From Squalus acanthias (taxonomy: Eukaryota), in assembly GCA_030390025.1 (NCBI GenBank), contig CM059432.1, positions 138,262,001 through 138,326,000 of the forward strand: 64,000 nucleotides of DNA, written 5' to 3'. The position numbers were made by a program, and so were the translations under genes. The notes below the pieces were generated by a model, which did not search any database, was not told the DNA's origin, and worked only from the letters and a program-made list of their open reading frames with translations. This document shows positions 11,976 to 24,389 of the stretch, one piece after another (the first letter of the stretch is position 1; every line of letters begins with the position of its first letter).

Positions 11976-12334
11976 CCCTGACCTTTTCTGCACGGAGACG
12001 AGGAAAGTGTGACGGTGCAGACCAATGCCGCGGCACCGTTGGATGCTGCTCATGCGTGACCGGATCGAGTGCGCATGCACAGTACCAAACGGGCGTGCAT
12101 GCGCAGAGAGAGCCAAAATTGCGGTGAAAATAATCACTCTGAAAATGATTACCTGCTATATTGTTATATAGATTGGTGGCTAACGTTGTCAAACACAAAT
12201 TGTAATCCTCAAAACTACATATACTGTTAAATTGAATAGCTAAAGCACTGTTATTGTAAATCTGAAACCAATTAGTTTTCTGTTTGTTTTGATTGCCTTG
12301 AAAATTGTTCTACTATAACAATGTAGAAGAAGAA

Positions 12335-12650
12335 GACGACTTGCATTTCTATCGCGCCTTTCATGACTTCAGGACATCCCAAAGCGCTTTACAGCCAATT
12401 AATTACTTTTGAAGTGTAGTCACTGTTGTAATGCAGGAAATGCGGCAGCCAATTTGCACACAGCAAGCTCCCACAAACAGCAACGTGATAATGACCAGAT
12501 AATCTGTTTCAGTGATGTTGATTGAAGGATTAATATTGGCCAGGACAGCGGGGAGAACTCCCCTACTTCTTCGAAATAGTGCCACGGGATCTTTTGCGTC
12601 CGTCAGAGAGGGGCCTCGGTTTAACAGCTCACCCAAAAGACAGAGGTGCA
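12335..12650 (-). mobile_element. Deu-domain SINE, 3' part
   Basis: Reverse complement of the SINE body and tail seen at 4630-5025. Confidence 0.85.
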
Positions 12651-13542
12651 GTGAGATAATTATCAGTACTCCTGCGCTTCCAGAGGGGAGTTGTGTTTGA
12701 AGGTAACACTGATCAGAGAATCAGTGCTACAGTTATGTAGTCCTATTTCTGACCCACGCCCTCTTTGAATGCAGCTCCCCCGCTGACTATACTGACAGTG
12801 AGGAATCGGTGAACCTACCCATGTGAAATAACATCGTTGCTAGTGATGACTTTGTTAAAGTACATGGTTCAGATAAAATAAATCCAGAATATTACTTTAA
12901 AGTAAGACAGGACAGTAGCACAAGGTGACATAGAATAAGAGAAAAATAAATTCAAACCTGATATATGGAGAAGGGATTTCTTCAATGCCAAGAGTAGTAA
13001 ATGTCTGGAATAATCTACCAACAAAGCTAACTCGATATGCATTCAAAGCACAGTCGGAGGCTTGGTTGGGAGAGCAAGAACACTGGGGGAAAATGAACGC
13101 GCACTGAAGGGCTTTTCCACAAATCTGACATTTCTTTTGTTTCTTACGCTTTATCAGGGGGAAAAAAATGAAGATCCAAATTAGGCATCGCTCATAAAAG
13201 CCCTAGGAAACAAAACCTAAACCTGTGACCAGCTCATTCATGGATTACAACTGGTTCACATATAATCTACAGCACAGAAACAGGGCATTCGACCCAACTG
13301 GTCTGTGCCGGTGTTTATGCTTCACACGAGCCTCCTCCCACCCCTCTTCATCTCACTCTATCAGCATAACCTTCTATTCCTTTCACCCTCATGTGTTTAT
13401 CCAGCTTCCCCTTAAATGCATCTATACTATTCGCCTCAACCACTCCTTGTGGTAGCGAGTTCCACATTCTAACCAGCTCTCTGGGTAAAGAAGTTAACAA
13501 ATTCTGGCAGTGGTGGGTTAGATTCGTGGTTACCCTAATATT

Positions 13543-14306
13543 GGCCCAGAAATTTGACTCGGAGGCTTGCCGCGGGGATAAGGATCTTGCGCGATATCAC
13601 ACTCCGCGCCGGCCGTTGTGTTTCGGGCCCACACGAACTTCTGCTCCTGGGCCTCTCCCTGGTGCCGGCTCGCAGTGTGTGTGTGTCCCAGAGGCGCAGT
13701 TAGTTCGATGCGACCTCTGGGATCACGTGGGCCATGGAGAGCCAATGGCAGCACACCATCTTTCATTCATAGATTTGACAGGAGACCTGTCAAAACTATG
13801 AATACAAATTGCCCCCAAAAGAACAGCTAAACCTCAAATAAATTTTTTTTAAAAACCATCACATTAATAAAATAACTATAGTTAAATAAATTAACCACTT
13901 TAAACAAAAATTTAAATTTTTGAAAAAATTTAAATTCTTTTTAAAAGTTATAAAAATAAACTTACCTTTCTTTAAAGTCTCTAAAAAAGATAAACCTGTT
14001 GAAAATGTTTTAAATAATACTTAATTAACTACTTACCTTGTTAAAAGGGGGTCTTACGCCTCCTTTCTTCATGTGTAAAATCTTCAACACTTACCTTCGC
14101 GTTGAAACCTGAAAAAAAACCTAAGTGTGCTGCGTGCGCACAGCCTGTAGTGCGCACGCGGTTCACTTAGGGACCGCCCCCTTCGCCATACCGGAAGTGA
14201 CGGTTTCCCGCACATGCGCAGTGCATGCAGGAAACCGGCACTTCGGGACCGAATACGCGAGAGTACACAGTTCGTACTCTCCCGTATTCAGCCGAATTTT
14301 TGGGCT
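13543..14306. mobile_element. PIF/Harbinger-type MITE
   Basis: TIRs GGCCCAGAAATT / AATTTTTGGGCT; 3-bp TSD ATT (13540-13542, 14307-14309); AT-rich core. Confidence 0.8.
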
Positions 14307-14999
14307 ATTGAATCTACGAAGCCAAATGGGGAAACAGAAAAAGAAAATTCTCCGAGCTAGAGGGAACCTGCTTTCTTTGACGCTGTCAACAGTGCCTTGG
14401 TATCCACATGCGCTCCATCTGCAGCTTTTTAACCCGCATGTTGATAAATCTCAGTAAGTGGCCAACCGCTTATTCTGGGCAAAGAGTCCTGCTTTAGATT
14501 AGGCATGGTTCAAAACCCATAGCGTTCTGCAAATTGATTTCCAAGAAAAGAAAGACTTCCGATACTAAAAATCCTCGGCCCTTCGGCACCCGCCCACTGT
14601 GACCCTGAGCTGACTCTGGGAGCAGTGTGACTTTCCACAGCTCTTGTATGATCACCACAGCCAGAGCCTCCGCACCTGTTCCAACAGCATTAACAGTTCT
14701 GAATTGCTGCTTCACGACGATTCCTCCTGTACGCGCAAAATTGACAAAAAAAAAGCAAGGACAAAGAAAGACCATAGAATTACATTACAGAGTGTACAGC
14801 ACAGAAACAGGCCATTCGGCCCAACTGGTCCATGCCGGCGTTTATGCTCCACACGAGCCTCCTCCCACCCCTCTTTATCTAACTGTACTCCATGTGCAAG
14901 AATTGGTTTCACAATAGATTTGTGCAATGTCAGTATACTGATTTATAATCCAATGTGCTCTAGATGCACCAAAAAAAAAAGCATTTTGCCTGATTGATA

Positions 15000-16900
15000 A
15001 CTGCTTCGCACTCACCAGATGCTTTCGGGATATGATCAATAAGAATTGCCAAATCCTTTTCCTTTTAGCCAGTGGAGGTGCTCTCATCCTATACACATTT
15101 ACTGCTATCCTATATGCATTATCCTACATGAATCCACATTCAACTTCATCCTGATCATCTAATAATTCATTCAAGTCTCTCTGAAGATTATCAATCTCCT
15201 TTTTTTTACTCGAGAAAACGTAAGCTGGCATTCTGAAACAAAAACAGAAAATACTGGAAATACACACATCTGTAAAGTGAAAAAGATATTAATGTTTTGG
15301 GGGTGCAACCTTTCATGCTTTCGATTCACTGCCCACCCACATAGCTTCCTGTCATTAGCAAATGTAATAATACTGCGACAGACTCCTGTTCCTTATCCTT
15401 GCCAAATATCTGAGCAGCAGGGGGTCCCAGAATAGATACATGTGTGTCTTCGCCGGTTACTTTTTTCAGCCGGACTAGTTTTCAATGATCACCACCTGTT
15501 CCGAAACCAATTCTCAGTAAAGCTGGACAATTTGACACCTACTCCATGAGCCTTAACCTTCCTTATTAGTCCCACATGACGACACTTTCAAATGCTTTGT
15601 GAAAATCCAAGTAAACCACATCTGCTCGACTATCTTCATTCACAAGGATCTAACAGATTTGTATGGGCAGGACCTAAAATCACCCTACCGCTCTAATGGT
15701 ACCTGTCTCTTTTAGACATTTGTTTATACGTTCATTTGTAATATGTGTAAGCAAGCAGGGTGGTATTAGTAGAATTATATTTTAATGTATTAGCTTGAAG
15801 CAAGCATGGTGGCAATGGTCGACTTCAAACATGGGGTTAATAAGTTTCGGGTGATACAACATTAAAGTAGAATAAGTTTTGGGTGACACTGATGTTGGAG
15901 TCAGTTTCGGGTGATGTTGGAGTCAGTTTCGGGTGATACAACATTAAAGCAGAATAAGTTTTGGGTGACACTGATGTTGGAGTCAATTTCAGATGATGTT
16001 GGACTCAGTTTCGGGTGATGTTGGAGTCAGTTTCAGATGATGTTGGAGTCAGTTTCGGGTGATGTTGGAGTCAGTTTCAGATGATGTTGGAGTCAGTTTC
16101 GGGTGATGTTGGAGTCAGTTTCAGATGATGTTGGACTCAGTTTCGGGTGATACAACAGTAAACTGAAACTGCTTTGATCATATTGTGTGAGGTACTGATA
16201 AGAGGACCATTTTGTTTGGGCTGTTGGCCATTTGCTCATGACATGAGGGTTATTGATCAAGGGAAGTAAGGGCAGATGAGTGAGATTACGATCTTCACAC
16301 AATCCAAAGGCGAGTTTGCATATTAAGTGGGTTTGCTTGCGATTGAGTAATGTGAACAATACAAGACGTGATAGTGGAGCCACTGAACCTGGACCACAGG
16401 GTAACAGACGACATGACAGGAAGGGAGACAGGATACAAAGTGGGAGAAAGATAGAACTTGTGGTAGAGAAGAGAAGGTAGAAGACTCGGGAGAGGCAGGG
16501 TTACGCCTCTGCCCAGGAGAGTGGGTAATACCGTTTCGCTTTTGCTCTGTACTATTGCTAAAGTGATTGTATTTACTTTACTTATTCCATAATCATTAAC
16601 GTCATCACACAACCAATATGGAGTCTCCCGCGGATGGTTACATGTGCAATCAAATGCCCTCAAACATTTCGTCCCAAGCTTCGTGGCTATATATTCCAGC
16701 ATTCTATTTGCCTTTTAATTGCTTTGTCACATTGTCTAGTTATTGAAAATGGTAACGCAAGAATACTCTTAGGTCCCTCTCAAGCTCCCCCATCTGCCAA
16801 TTTGAGGTCGTGCATTTTTTAATTGTGACGCATATTCCACCAATAGGCAATATTTTGCATTTACAGGTGTTGAATTGCATTGACACGTGCCAAGCCTACC
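15000..16900 (-). mobile_element. Scattered fragments of an ancient CR1 ORF2
   Basis: Minus DVVYLDFHKAFESV at ~15585-15625 and KANRMLEYIA at ~16685-16715; interrupted by a minisatellite. Confidence 0.55.
15841..16157. repeat. 22-bp minisatellite (GTTGGAGTCAGTTTCRGRTGAT)n
   Basis: About 10 tandem units alternating CGGGTGAT/CAGATGAT variants, plus a duplicated ~60-bp interruption. Confidence 0.92.
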
Positions 16901-17011
16901 TAAATCAATCTAAATCATCTTTTGCGGTACACCCGTAAACATTATTGTGTCTGCCAAACCCCACACTGGATGAGGCATCAAGCAACTAGAACGTAGCTGA
17001 GGCTGGGAACT

Positions 17012-17345
17012 GGGCGATGTAGCAGCTTAGCTATTGGCCTTTCACCTCTTGGAGTTGGATGAACGGCCAGCCCAGACTGATAGGATGCATGTTTTCCCTC
17101 TCTGCTAGCCGTAAGGACCGACATGGAATGAGTGTGGGGCAGTCCCACTCCCCTTCCCAGCAGGTATGGGCCCTCACCACAAAACTGACCATAACTCAGA
17201 ATTCAACTTGTAACCTCAGTTAGAGAGGCACAGGATAACCTGGGGTGGGAATGTGAAATGCCAGTAGACGCAGTCTTCTGAGGTACATTTTTGAGTTTGA
17301 GTAGTGGGAGCTGTCATTTGCACCTAACCGTACTATATCTGATAT
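17012..17345 (+). mobile_element. LF-SINE-like ancient SINE
   Basis: TTGGCCTTTCACCTCT...CAGCCCAG...ATGGAATGAGTGTGGGGCAGTC...CACAAAACT...GAGAGGCAC is collinear with the LF-SINE consensus as I recall it. Confidence 0.55.
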
Positions 17346-17349
17346 GAGA

Positions 17350-17655
17350 TCTCCGAGATCTCTGCGCTCCTCCGATTCTGGCCTCTTACGCATCATCGAT
17401 TTTCATCGCCCCACCATTGGCGGACGTGCCTGGGCCCTAAGATCAGAATTCCCTCCCTAAACCTGTCCGCCTCTCTCTCCTCCTTTAGTAGGCTCCTTAA
17501 AACCTACCTTTATGACCAAGCTCTTTGGTCACCTGTCCTAATATCTCCTTATGTGGCTCGGTGTCAAACTTTCTTTGATAATCGCTCCTGTGAAGACCCT
17601 TGGGACGTTTTACTACGTTGAAGGCGTGATATAAATGCGAGTTGTTGCTGTTGTT
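17350..17655 (+). mobile_element. L2 LINE 3' fragment
   Basis: CCGAGATCTCTGCGCTCCTCC...CTTAAAACCTACC...ATAAATGCGAGTTGTTGCTGTTG. Confidence 0.85.
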
Positions 17656-18196
17656 GAGGGTGTTTACGCTGACACAAAATGGAACCCATTCAGTTAGTCA
17701 TCTGGGTGGGCACAAAATTCTCATCCATAAAAGAAGTGCAGATTAGGCCAGCGTGCCTGGAGAGGTTGGAGTGCTCGTTTTACGTTGTGTACCTCAAGAG
17801 CTCCCCTTCATTAGGTGAGGATTTATCTTTATTAGAGATGAGTCACTTCTGCACCATTGCGAGAGGTCACCTCTCAAAAAGGAAGCGCAATGGGAAGGCG
17901 TCACAAGAATGTCGCAACTTTAGCACACATTCATAAAAAAAGCTGACGTTAGCAGAAATCTGTCAGCAGCAATTTTTAATTTGCTGTTTCTTAATTTAGT
18001 TTTTACGACTAATGTAGAGGAAATAACCTGCGATGGTAGAAAACACAGAAAATATTTAATCTGCGTCACCCTCTTGATGTCACTTGAACTACGTCGCAGC
18101 ATCCCCACTGGTTATTCTATTAATCTTGCAGATTCTATCAGTTTTGATTAATATCCGCATCTGTTTCCTTGTTCTTTGCTGTGCCTCCGTACTCAC

Positions 18197-18455
18197 TTTG
18201 AGATGAGGAGAAATTTCTTCACTGAGAGGGTTGTGAATCTTTGGCATTCTCTACCCCAGAGAGCTGTGGATGCTCGGTCGTTGAGTATATTCAAGACCGA
18301 GGTCGCTAAATTTTTGGAACAAAGGGAATTAAGGGATATGGGGATAGTGCGGGAAGGTGGAGTTGAGGTAGAAGATCAGCCATGATCTTATTGAATGGCG
18401 GAGCAGGCTCGAAGGGCCAAATGGCCGACTCCTGCTCCTATTTCTTATGTCCTTA
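18197..18455 (+). mobile_element. CR1 3' fragment
   Basis: EMRRNFFTERVVNLW and a CR1 3' UTR with a TTCTTATG tail. Confidence 0.85.
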
Positions 18456-18934
18456 TGTGCCTCCGTACTCCAAAAATCCTTTGGGAGATTATTGCACTGG
18501 AGAAATATTCTGTACATTACTGTTGAGACACTTGACCCGTACTGATAAACATGAAATCATACACTGAAGAATGCAAAGTGGAGACTAAAATCCCAACTTT
18601 GCAACACTGGGAAAATTGGGACTGGCACTTTCTCAGAACTTCAGATAGCCGTCCTTGTGGTATTTTCAAGGCTATCATCTCCTCCTCGTTTTTAATCCAT
18701 TCTCTGTGCATGGAAAATAGGTACAGGAAGCCTGGCTAGCATTGTGATTGGCTGGGGGTAGGATAGGGCACGATAACGATCGGATGAGCAGCTGCTCGCA
18801 AAGGTTTGGTACTGGCCATTAAAGGAGGTTATGAGTTCTTCGTTGTGGTTGAAGGCAGTGCTTGCAGGAGAAGAGTGACCAGACACAAGACAGGTAGTCA
18901 GAGATGTGTGTAGAAAACAATGTTTGAAAGAAAG

Positions 18935-19340
18935 AAAGAAAGACTTGGGCCTATAGTGTCCCAAAAGCGCTTTACATTCAATGAGGTACTTTTGAAGTGT
19001 AGTCACTGTTGTAATGTAGGAAACGCAGCAGCCAATTGCGCACAGCAAGCTCCCACAAACAGCAATGTGATAATGACCAGATAATCTGTTTTAGTGATGT
19101 TGGTTGAGGGGTAAAATATTGGCCAGGACACCGGGGAGAACTCCCCTGCTCTTCTTTGAGAGAGTGCCATGGGATCTTTCACGTCCACCTGAGAGGGCCA
19201 ATGGGGCCTCGGTTTAACTTCTCATCCGAAAGACGGCACCGCTGAGTGTTAGCCTAGGTTATGTGATCAAGCCCCTGGAGTGGGACGTGAACCCACGACC
19301 TTCTGACACAGAGGCGAGAGTGCTACCCACTGAGTCAGTG
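18935..19340 (-). mobile_element. Deu-domain SINE
   Basis: Minus strand carries the tRNA-like head GACTCAGTGGGTAGCACTCTCGCCTCTG and the Deu core. Confidence 0.85.
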
Positions 19341-19374
19341 GTGACCCTGTGAAAGGAGGAATATGGGGAACTCT

Positions 19375-19595
19375 CCTCCCCCACTTTTACTGAGGATGCC
19401 TTTGAGGTCGTGTAGTAGGATGTGTGGCAGAGGTGGGTGGGTGGTTCCTTTGGAGCTGAAGGCTGCCTTCTGGTTAAAGCAAAGATCAAAGCTGCAAATG
19501 GAGTCTCTCAGGATCATAGCATCTGGGAGCAAGTGAGGAAGAAGTTTTGTCATATCAGGCAGAGTGCGAAAACAAATGTACCCACCTTTTGCGTG
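19375..19595 (+). pseudogene. Degenerate Harbinger Myb/SANT-like gene fragment
   Basis: PTFTEDAFEVV...IWEQVRKKFCHIRQSAK parallels RFSDEALEALV...QCRKKFNDLTR at 63630-63938. Confidence 0.5.
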
Positions 19596-19737
19596 CATTA
19601 TTTTACCATGAGGGCAGACTTTGCATGAGCCAAACCAGACTTGTGAGCTGTGGCAGCCTCGTGGTTGGAGCTTGTAGAGTTTTTTTAATTGCAGAGGAGG
19701 CTGTAGGGCAAACTTCTTATGAAACAAAAAGAGAAAA

Positions 19738-20203
19738 AAGAAAGACTTGCATTTCTACAGCGCCTTTCACGACCACCGGTGTCTCAAAGCGCTTTACAGC
19801 CAATGAAGTACTTTTGAAGTGGAGTCACTGTTGTAATGTGGGAAACGCGGCAGCCAATTTGCGCACAGCAAGCTCCCACAAACAGCAATGTGATAATGAC
19901 CAGATAATCTGTTTTAGTGATGTTGATTGAGGGATTAAATATTGGCCAGGACACCGGGGATAACTCCCCTGCTCTTCTTCGAAATAGTGCCGTGGGATCT
20001 TTTACGTCCACCTGAGAGAGTAGACGGGGCCTCGGTTAAACGTCTCATCTGAAAGATGGCACCTCTGACAGTACAGCACTCCCTCAGCACTGCACTGGAG
20101 TGTCAGCCTAGCTTTATGTGCTCAAGTCACTGGAGTGGGACTTTGAACCCACAACCTTCTGACTCAGAGGTGAGTGTGCTACCCACTGAGCCACAGCTGA
20201 CAC
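19738..20203 (-). mobile_element. Full-length Deu-domain SINE (SacSINE1-like)
   Basis: Head GTGTCAGCTGTGGCTCAGTGGGTAGCAC...GGGTTCAAAGTCCC, Deu core and L2-like tail. Confidence 0.9.
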
Positions 20204-20234
20204 AGAAACACAAATAGCTTTCGCCATGACACAT

Positions 20235-20860
20235 GGGCCTCGATATTAACCCCCCACCCCACGATGGGCGGGAGAGGTTCGGCGGGGGGGGGGGGAACGT
20301 TAAAAGTAAAACTATGGGAAACGCGTCCCCAACATGCCGCGTGCGCGCCCGTTGCCGTTTATACGGAGGCAAGCTTCGTTGCATCCAAGTGTCCCATCGG
20401 GAAGAGGCGGGACTCTTCATTAACATATTTAAATCGGGCTCCCGCAGTGCAATTGGGAGCGTGATTTCAAATTCACTGCTGCTGCGCGGGTTTCCCAGGG
20501 GTCGGAAACTCGGCAGTGAAAGAGAGGCGGGAGCTGTCAGCTCCAATGTTCCCTGTCATTTATTTTTTTTTGGGTGCACGGGCCCTTTAACAGGCTGCGT
20601 GGCTCATTCAATTCTTCACGCATGCTCGGTTATTACCATTGTACAGCCAGACAAACAGCCACACAGCTTAACAGGAACATTGGCCAGCTCCACAAGGTAA
20701 GTGTCTTTTAAAGCAGTCCTTGTGGGCCAGGAGTGCTCCCCTCACCCGGCCCCTCAAGTAAGCTTTTGGCCTCGCCTCTGCCAATCGCAGCCTCTCTCGC
20801 CACCGCCCCCCCCCCCCCCCCACCCCCGCCTCGATTGCCGACCTCCCTCCCCGGTTTCTT
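20235..20860. mobile_element. Harbinger-type MITE, one end only
   Basis: Starts GGGCCTCGATATTAACCCCC, similar to the other MITE TIRs; the right TIR was not found. Confidence 0.5.
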
Positions 20861-20864
20861 TAAA

Positions 20865-21873
20865 ATTCTTTGAACGCTTTGGTTATTAGTTATAAAAATA
20901 TCCGAGATGGAGAAAACAGGGTGTTTGACTGACAGTCAAAAATCACCCAATCGGGGAAGGAAGAGTCAATTTAGACAGAGTAGATAGAGAGAAACTGTTC
21001 CCATTGGCGGAAGAGTCAAGAACCAGAGGACACAGACTTAAGGTGATTGGCAAAAGAACCAAAGGCGACATGAGGAAAAACTTTTTTACTCAGCGAGTGG
21101 TTAGGATCTGGAATGCACTTCCTGAAAGGGTGGTGGAGGCAGACTCAATCATGGCTTTCAAAAGGGAGTTGGATAAGTACCTGAAAGAAAAACATTTGCA
21201 GGGCTCCAGGGAAAGTTCGGGAGAGTGGGACTAGCTGAGGTGCTCTTGCAGAGAGCCGGCACGGGCTCAATGGGCCGAATGGCCTTCTTCCATGCTGTAA
21301 CCATTCTATAAAGGAAATCTGCCATCCTTACCTGGTCTGGCCTATATGTGACTCCAGACCCACAGCAATGTGGTTGACCCTTAACTGCCTTCTGAAATGG
21401 CAGCTCACCACCACCTTCTCAGGCAATTAGGGATGGACAATAAATGCTGGCCTTGCTGGCAATGCCCACATCCCATGAACGAATAAAAAAAAAAAATGTG
21501 CTTTCCAATTGGCATGGGGAAGGCGGGTCACCGAGAAGATGGACATGTCGGGCGACCAATGGCGGGGGTGTGGGGGCAGGGCGGTTGAAGGCAGGAGGTC
21601 ATGTGATTTTAATCGCTCCACCATTGGAGGTCGCGCCTTCAGCTGCCGAGGCCCTAAGTCTGGAATTCCCTCCCTAAGCCTCTCTGCTTGTCTAACGCTC
21701 GTTCAAATCTATCTCTTTGACCAAGCTTTTGGTCATCTTCCCTAATATCTCCTTATGTGGCTCGGTGTCAAATTTTGTTTGATAATGCTCCTGGGAAACG
21801 TCTTGGGATGATTTACTATGTTAAAGGTGCTCGATAAAGGCAGGTTGTTGTGCAACCAGAGATGGCAACCCTA
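20865..21873 (-). mobile_element. hAT (Blackjack-like) MITE fragmented by CR1, SINE and L2 insertions
   Basis: Pieces at ~20880-20960, ~21500-21607 and ~21857-21873 (GATGGCAACCCTA) match the reverse complement of 31250-31643. CR1 (20970-21310), SINE tail (21310-21495) and L2 (21605-21850) lie between them. Confidence 0.65.
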
Positions 21874-21926
21874 TTGGATGTATATCACATCCAGTGAGTC
21901 TTACTGCCATAAATCCTCTTCTTAAA

Positions 21927-22395
21927 GATTCCTGAGATGAGGGGGTTGAGATATGAAGAAAGGTTGAGCAGGTTGGGCCTATACTCATTGGAATTTAGGA
22001 GAATGAGAGGTGATTTTATTGAAACATATATGATACTGAGGGGGCTCGACAAGGTAGATGCAGAGAGGATGTTTCCCCTCATGGGGAAATCTAGAACTCG
22101 GGGGCATAGTTTCAGAATAAAGGGTCGCCCTTGTAGAACTGAGATGAGGAGGAATTTCTTCTCTCAGAGGGTCGTAAATCTGTGGAATTCTCTGCCCCAG
22201 AGAGCCGTGGAGGCTGGGTCATTAAATACATTTAAGGTGGAGATAGACAGATTTTTGCAAGATAAGGGAGTGAAGGGTTATGGGGAGCAGGCGGGGAAGT
22301 GGCTTTGAGCCCAAGATCAGCCATGATCTTATTGAATGGCGGAGCAGGCTCGAGGGGCTAAGTGGCCTATTCCTGCACCAATTTCTTATGTTCTT
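21927..22395 (+). mobile_element. CR1 3' fragment
   Basis: ORF 21937-22308 is the CR1 ORF2 C-terminus; TTCTTATGTTCTTA tail. Confidence 0.92.
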
Positions 22396-23249
22396 AAGCA
22401 AAAATAGAAGCACAAGTTCTACAGATATCCGAAGTGAAAAGTTATATTAATACAAGTGTTTAGAAATATTTTATAGCTCTCTCTCCCTCTCTCCCTTCCC
22501 AATCACAATTAAAGAGAATCCTCAATTTGGATAGGCCAGGGGCTCTGGTGCCCAGACACCCAATCCTGTATTAATTGTTAATAAAAATACCACTCCCGAG
22601 CAAAGTGAAACACTTGCTGCAACAGCAATAGCCGAGTACCCGTATTGCAAATGCTAAATTAAAGGAACCTGCGGTAATTGGTGAGGGAAGTCACCAGCCA
22701 CTTGACCACTTGACAACTATTACCCACTGGACAGTGTGTGGTCGACAGAAACGTCAGGTTTGTTTTTCTTGAGGCCATGATTTATTTTCTTCTTAAATTG
22801 TTGAGACCAGTTACTTTTTTTTTTGTCTCTTATTAAGCGTCACAATTCTTAAATTAAACTATTGATTTCAAGTCAATTTGGCGAGAATTTAATTTGTTTT
22901 CGGCGGATTAGCCTAGGTAACAGGGGATAATCCTGCTCGAACCTGAAATGGAAGCTTTCTTTCGAATTATTGTGTTCGTGCAGCAAAAAGGCCAAGAAAT
23001 TCAACATTGGATATATGCTCATAAATCAGTTGTGGTTCAGCTGCCTCTGTGTCTGACTGCTTTATACTCCTCTCCCCTTGTTCACGCCATTTCTCTAATC
23101 AAAAACCGTGTTGGTTTGACTCAGTCTGTCAACCAGGGAGATGTCAAAAAACTTTGAAGCAAATGTTCTTTTTTTTTTACTTCTTTCCTCTGTGCTGGAT
23201 CAGCACAGCAAGCTGGTTTGACTATAATTGTGAGAGTAAACAGTTAAAT

Positions 23250-23855
23250 TAATAGAACCGTAGAATGATACAGCACAGAAGGAGGCCATTCGGCCCATCG
23301 TGCCTGTGCCGGCTCTTTGAAAGAGCCATCCAATTAATCCCACTTCACCCTGCTTTCCCCACAGCCCAGCATATGTTTCCACTTCAAGTATATATCCAAT
23401 TCCTTTTCAAACGTTACTACTGAATCTGCTTCCACCGCCCTTTCAGGCAGCGCATTCCAGATCATAACAACTCGCTGTGTTAAAAAAATTTCTCCTCATC
23501 TCACATCTGGTTCTTTCTGCAAGAATTGTTTTCATTTCTCTGAGTAAATTCTGTCCTCCATCTTAATGTCAGAAATGATAGGCAGGTGCCGCCCTGGCAA
23601 CCATATATTTTACCAGCTGAAGATAGAGTTGGATTCAGTTTCCAGCTCCTGGAATTCTGGCATGCTGGATAATAACATGTGGTTTTACTACTAACCACCA
23701 GTAAAAGAGACACATTCTCCACTGCAGTTCATTCATAAAGTGAAGACTTAACATGGTTATATCGTCATTGGCAGAATTCACAGTGCTCATGCTCAGGTCG
23801 CCTTTGGTTCTTTTGCCAGTTCCCTTAAATCTGTGCCCTCTGGTTACCGACCTAC
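23250..23855 (-). mobile_element. CR1 3' fragment (interrupted)
   Basis: Reverse complement of the 3700-3980 type at 23250-23500, continuing at 23800-23855. Confidence 0.75.
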
Positions 23856-24389
23856 TGCTGGCTATTCAGTTTAGGGTTGGAGAAGGGTGAGACCGCAAAG
23901 AAAAATGGCAGTGAAGACAATGGAAACTGATATTTCTGCTGTTGCTTGACTCCGAAGTGGGACACGGAATGACGGTCTTGCCGTTTCTGACTGCTTCCTT
24001 CTTGACTGCAGGCCACTTTGAAAATCCGCGAAGCAAATGTCCCATCGCTTGGCAGCTCCTCGGAGCTCAACAGTGCAGATATGACATAATAAAAGGGAAG
24101 ACAATTGTTGTCTGTCTTTACGTACAGAAAGAAACTTCCTTCCCGAGTGAAAACGCTGATCACAGCCAGCGCCTTGGATGCAGCCAACTGATATTCATTC
24201 AGAGTGCGCCTGTGCTGGTGAGACATCGCCCAGTTGACATGTGGGCAACAATGAATTAACGATAAATATGACCACCATCTCATATTAGCCCATCGGTTTC
24301 ATAAATATCCTGGATTATGATTCTTTCCAGTACTCATGCACTCATCTTTGTTTCAAAGTGACTTTGTGTGACGGCGATTCATATAGCAT

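Noticed and set aside
11398..12198. Long Pro/Ser- or Gly/Arg/Glu-rich ORFs
   Set aside because: Open only because the minisatellite lacks stop codons.
15841..16157. CRISPR-like array
   Set aside because: Head-to-tail tandem units without unique spacers, no cas genes, eukaryotic context.
23852..24283. 143-aa ORF in unique sequence
   Set aside because: No recognisable domain and no clear splice signals.
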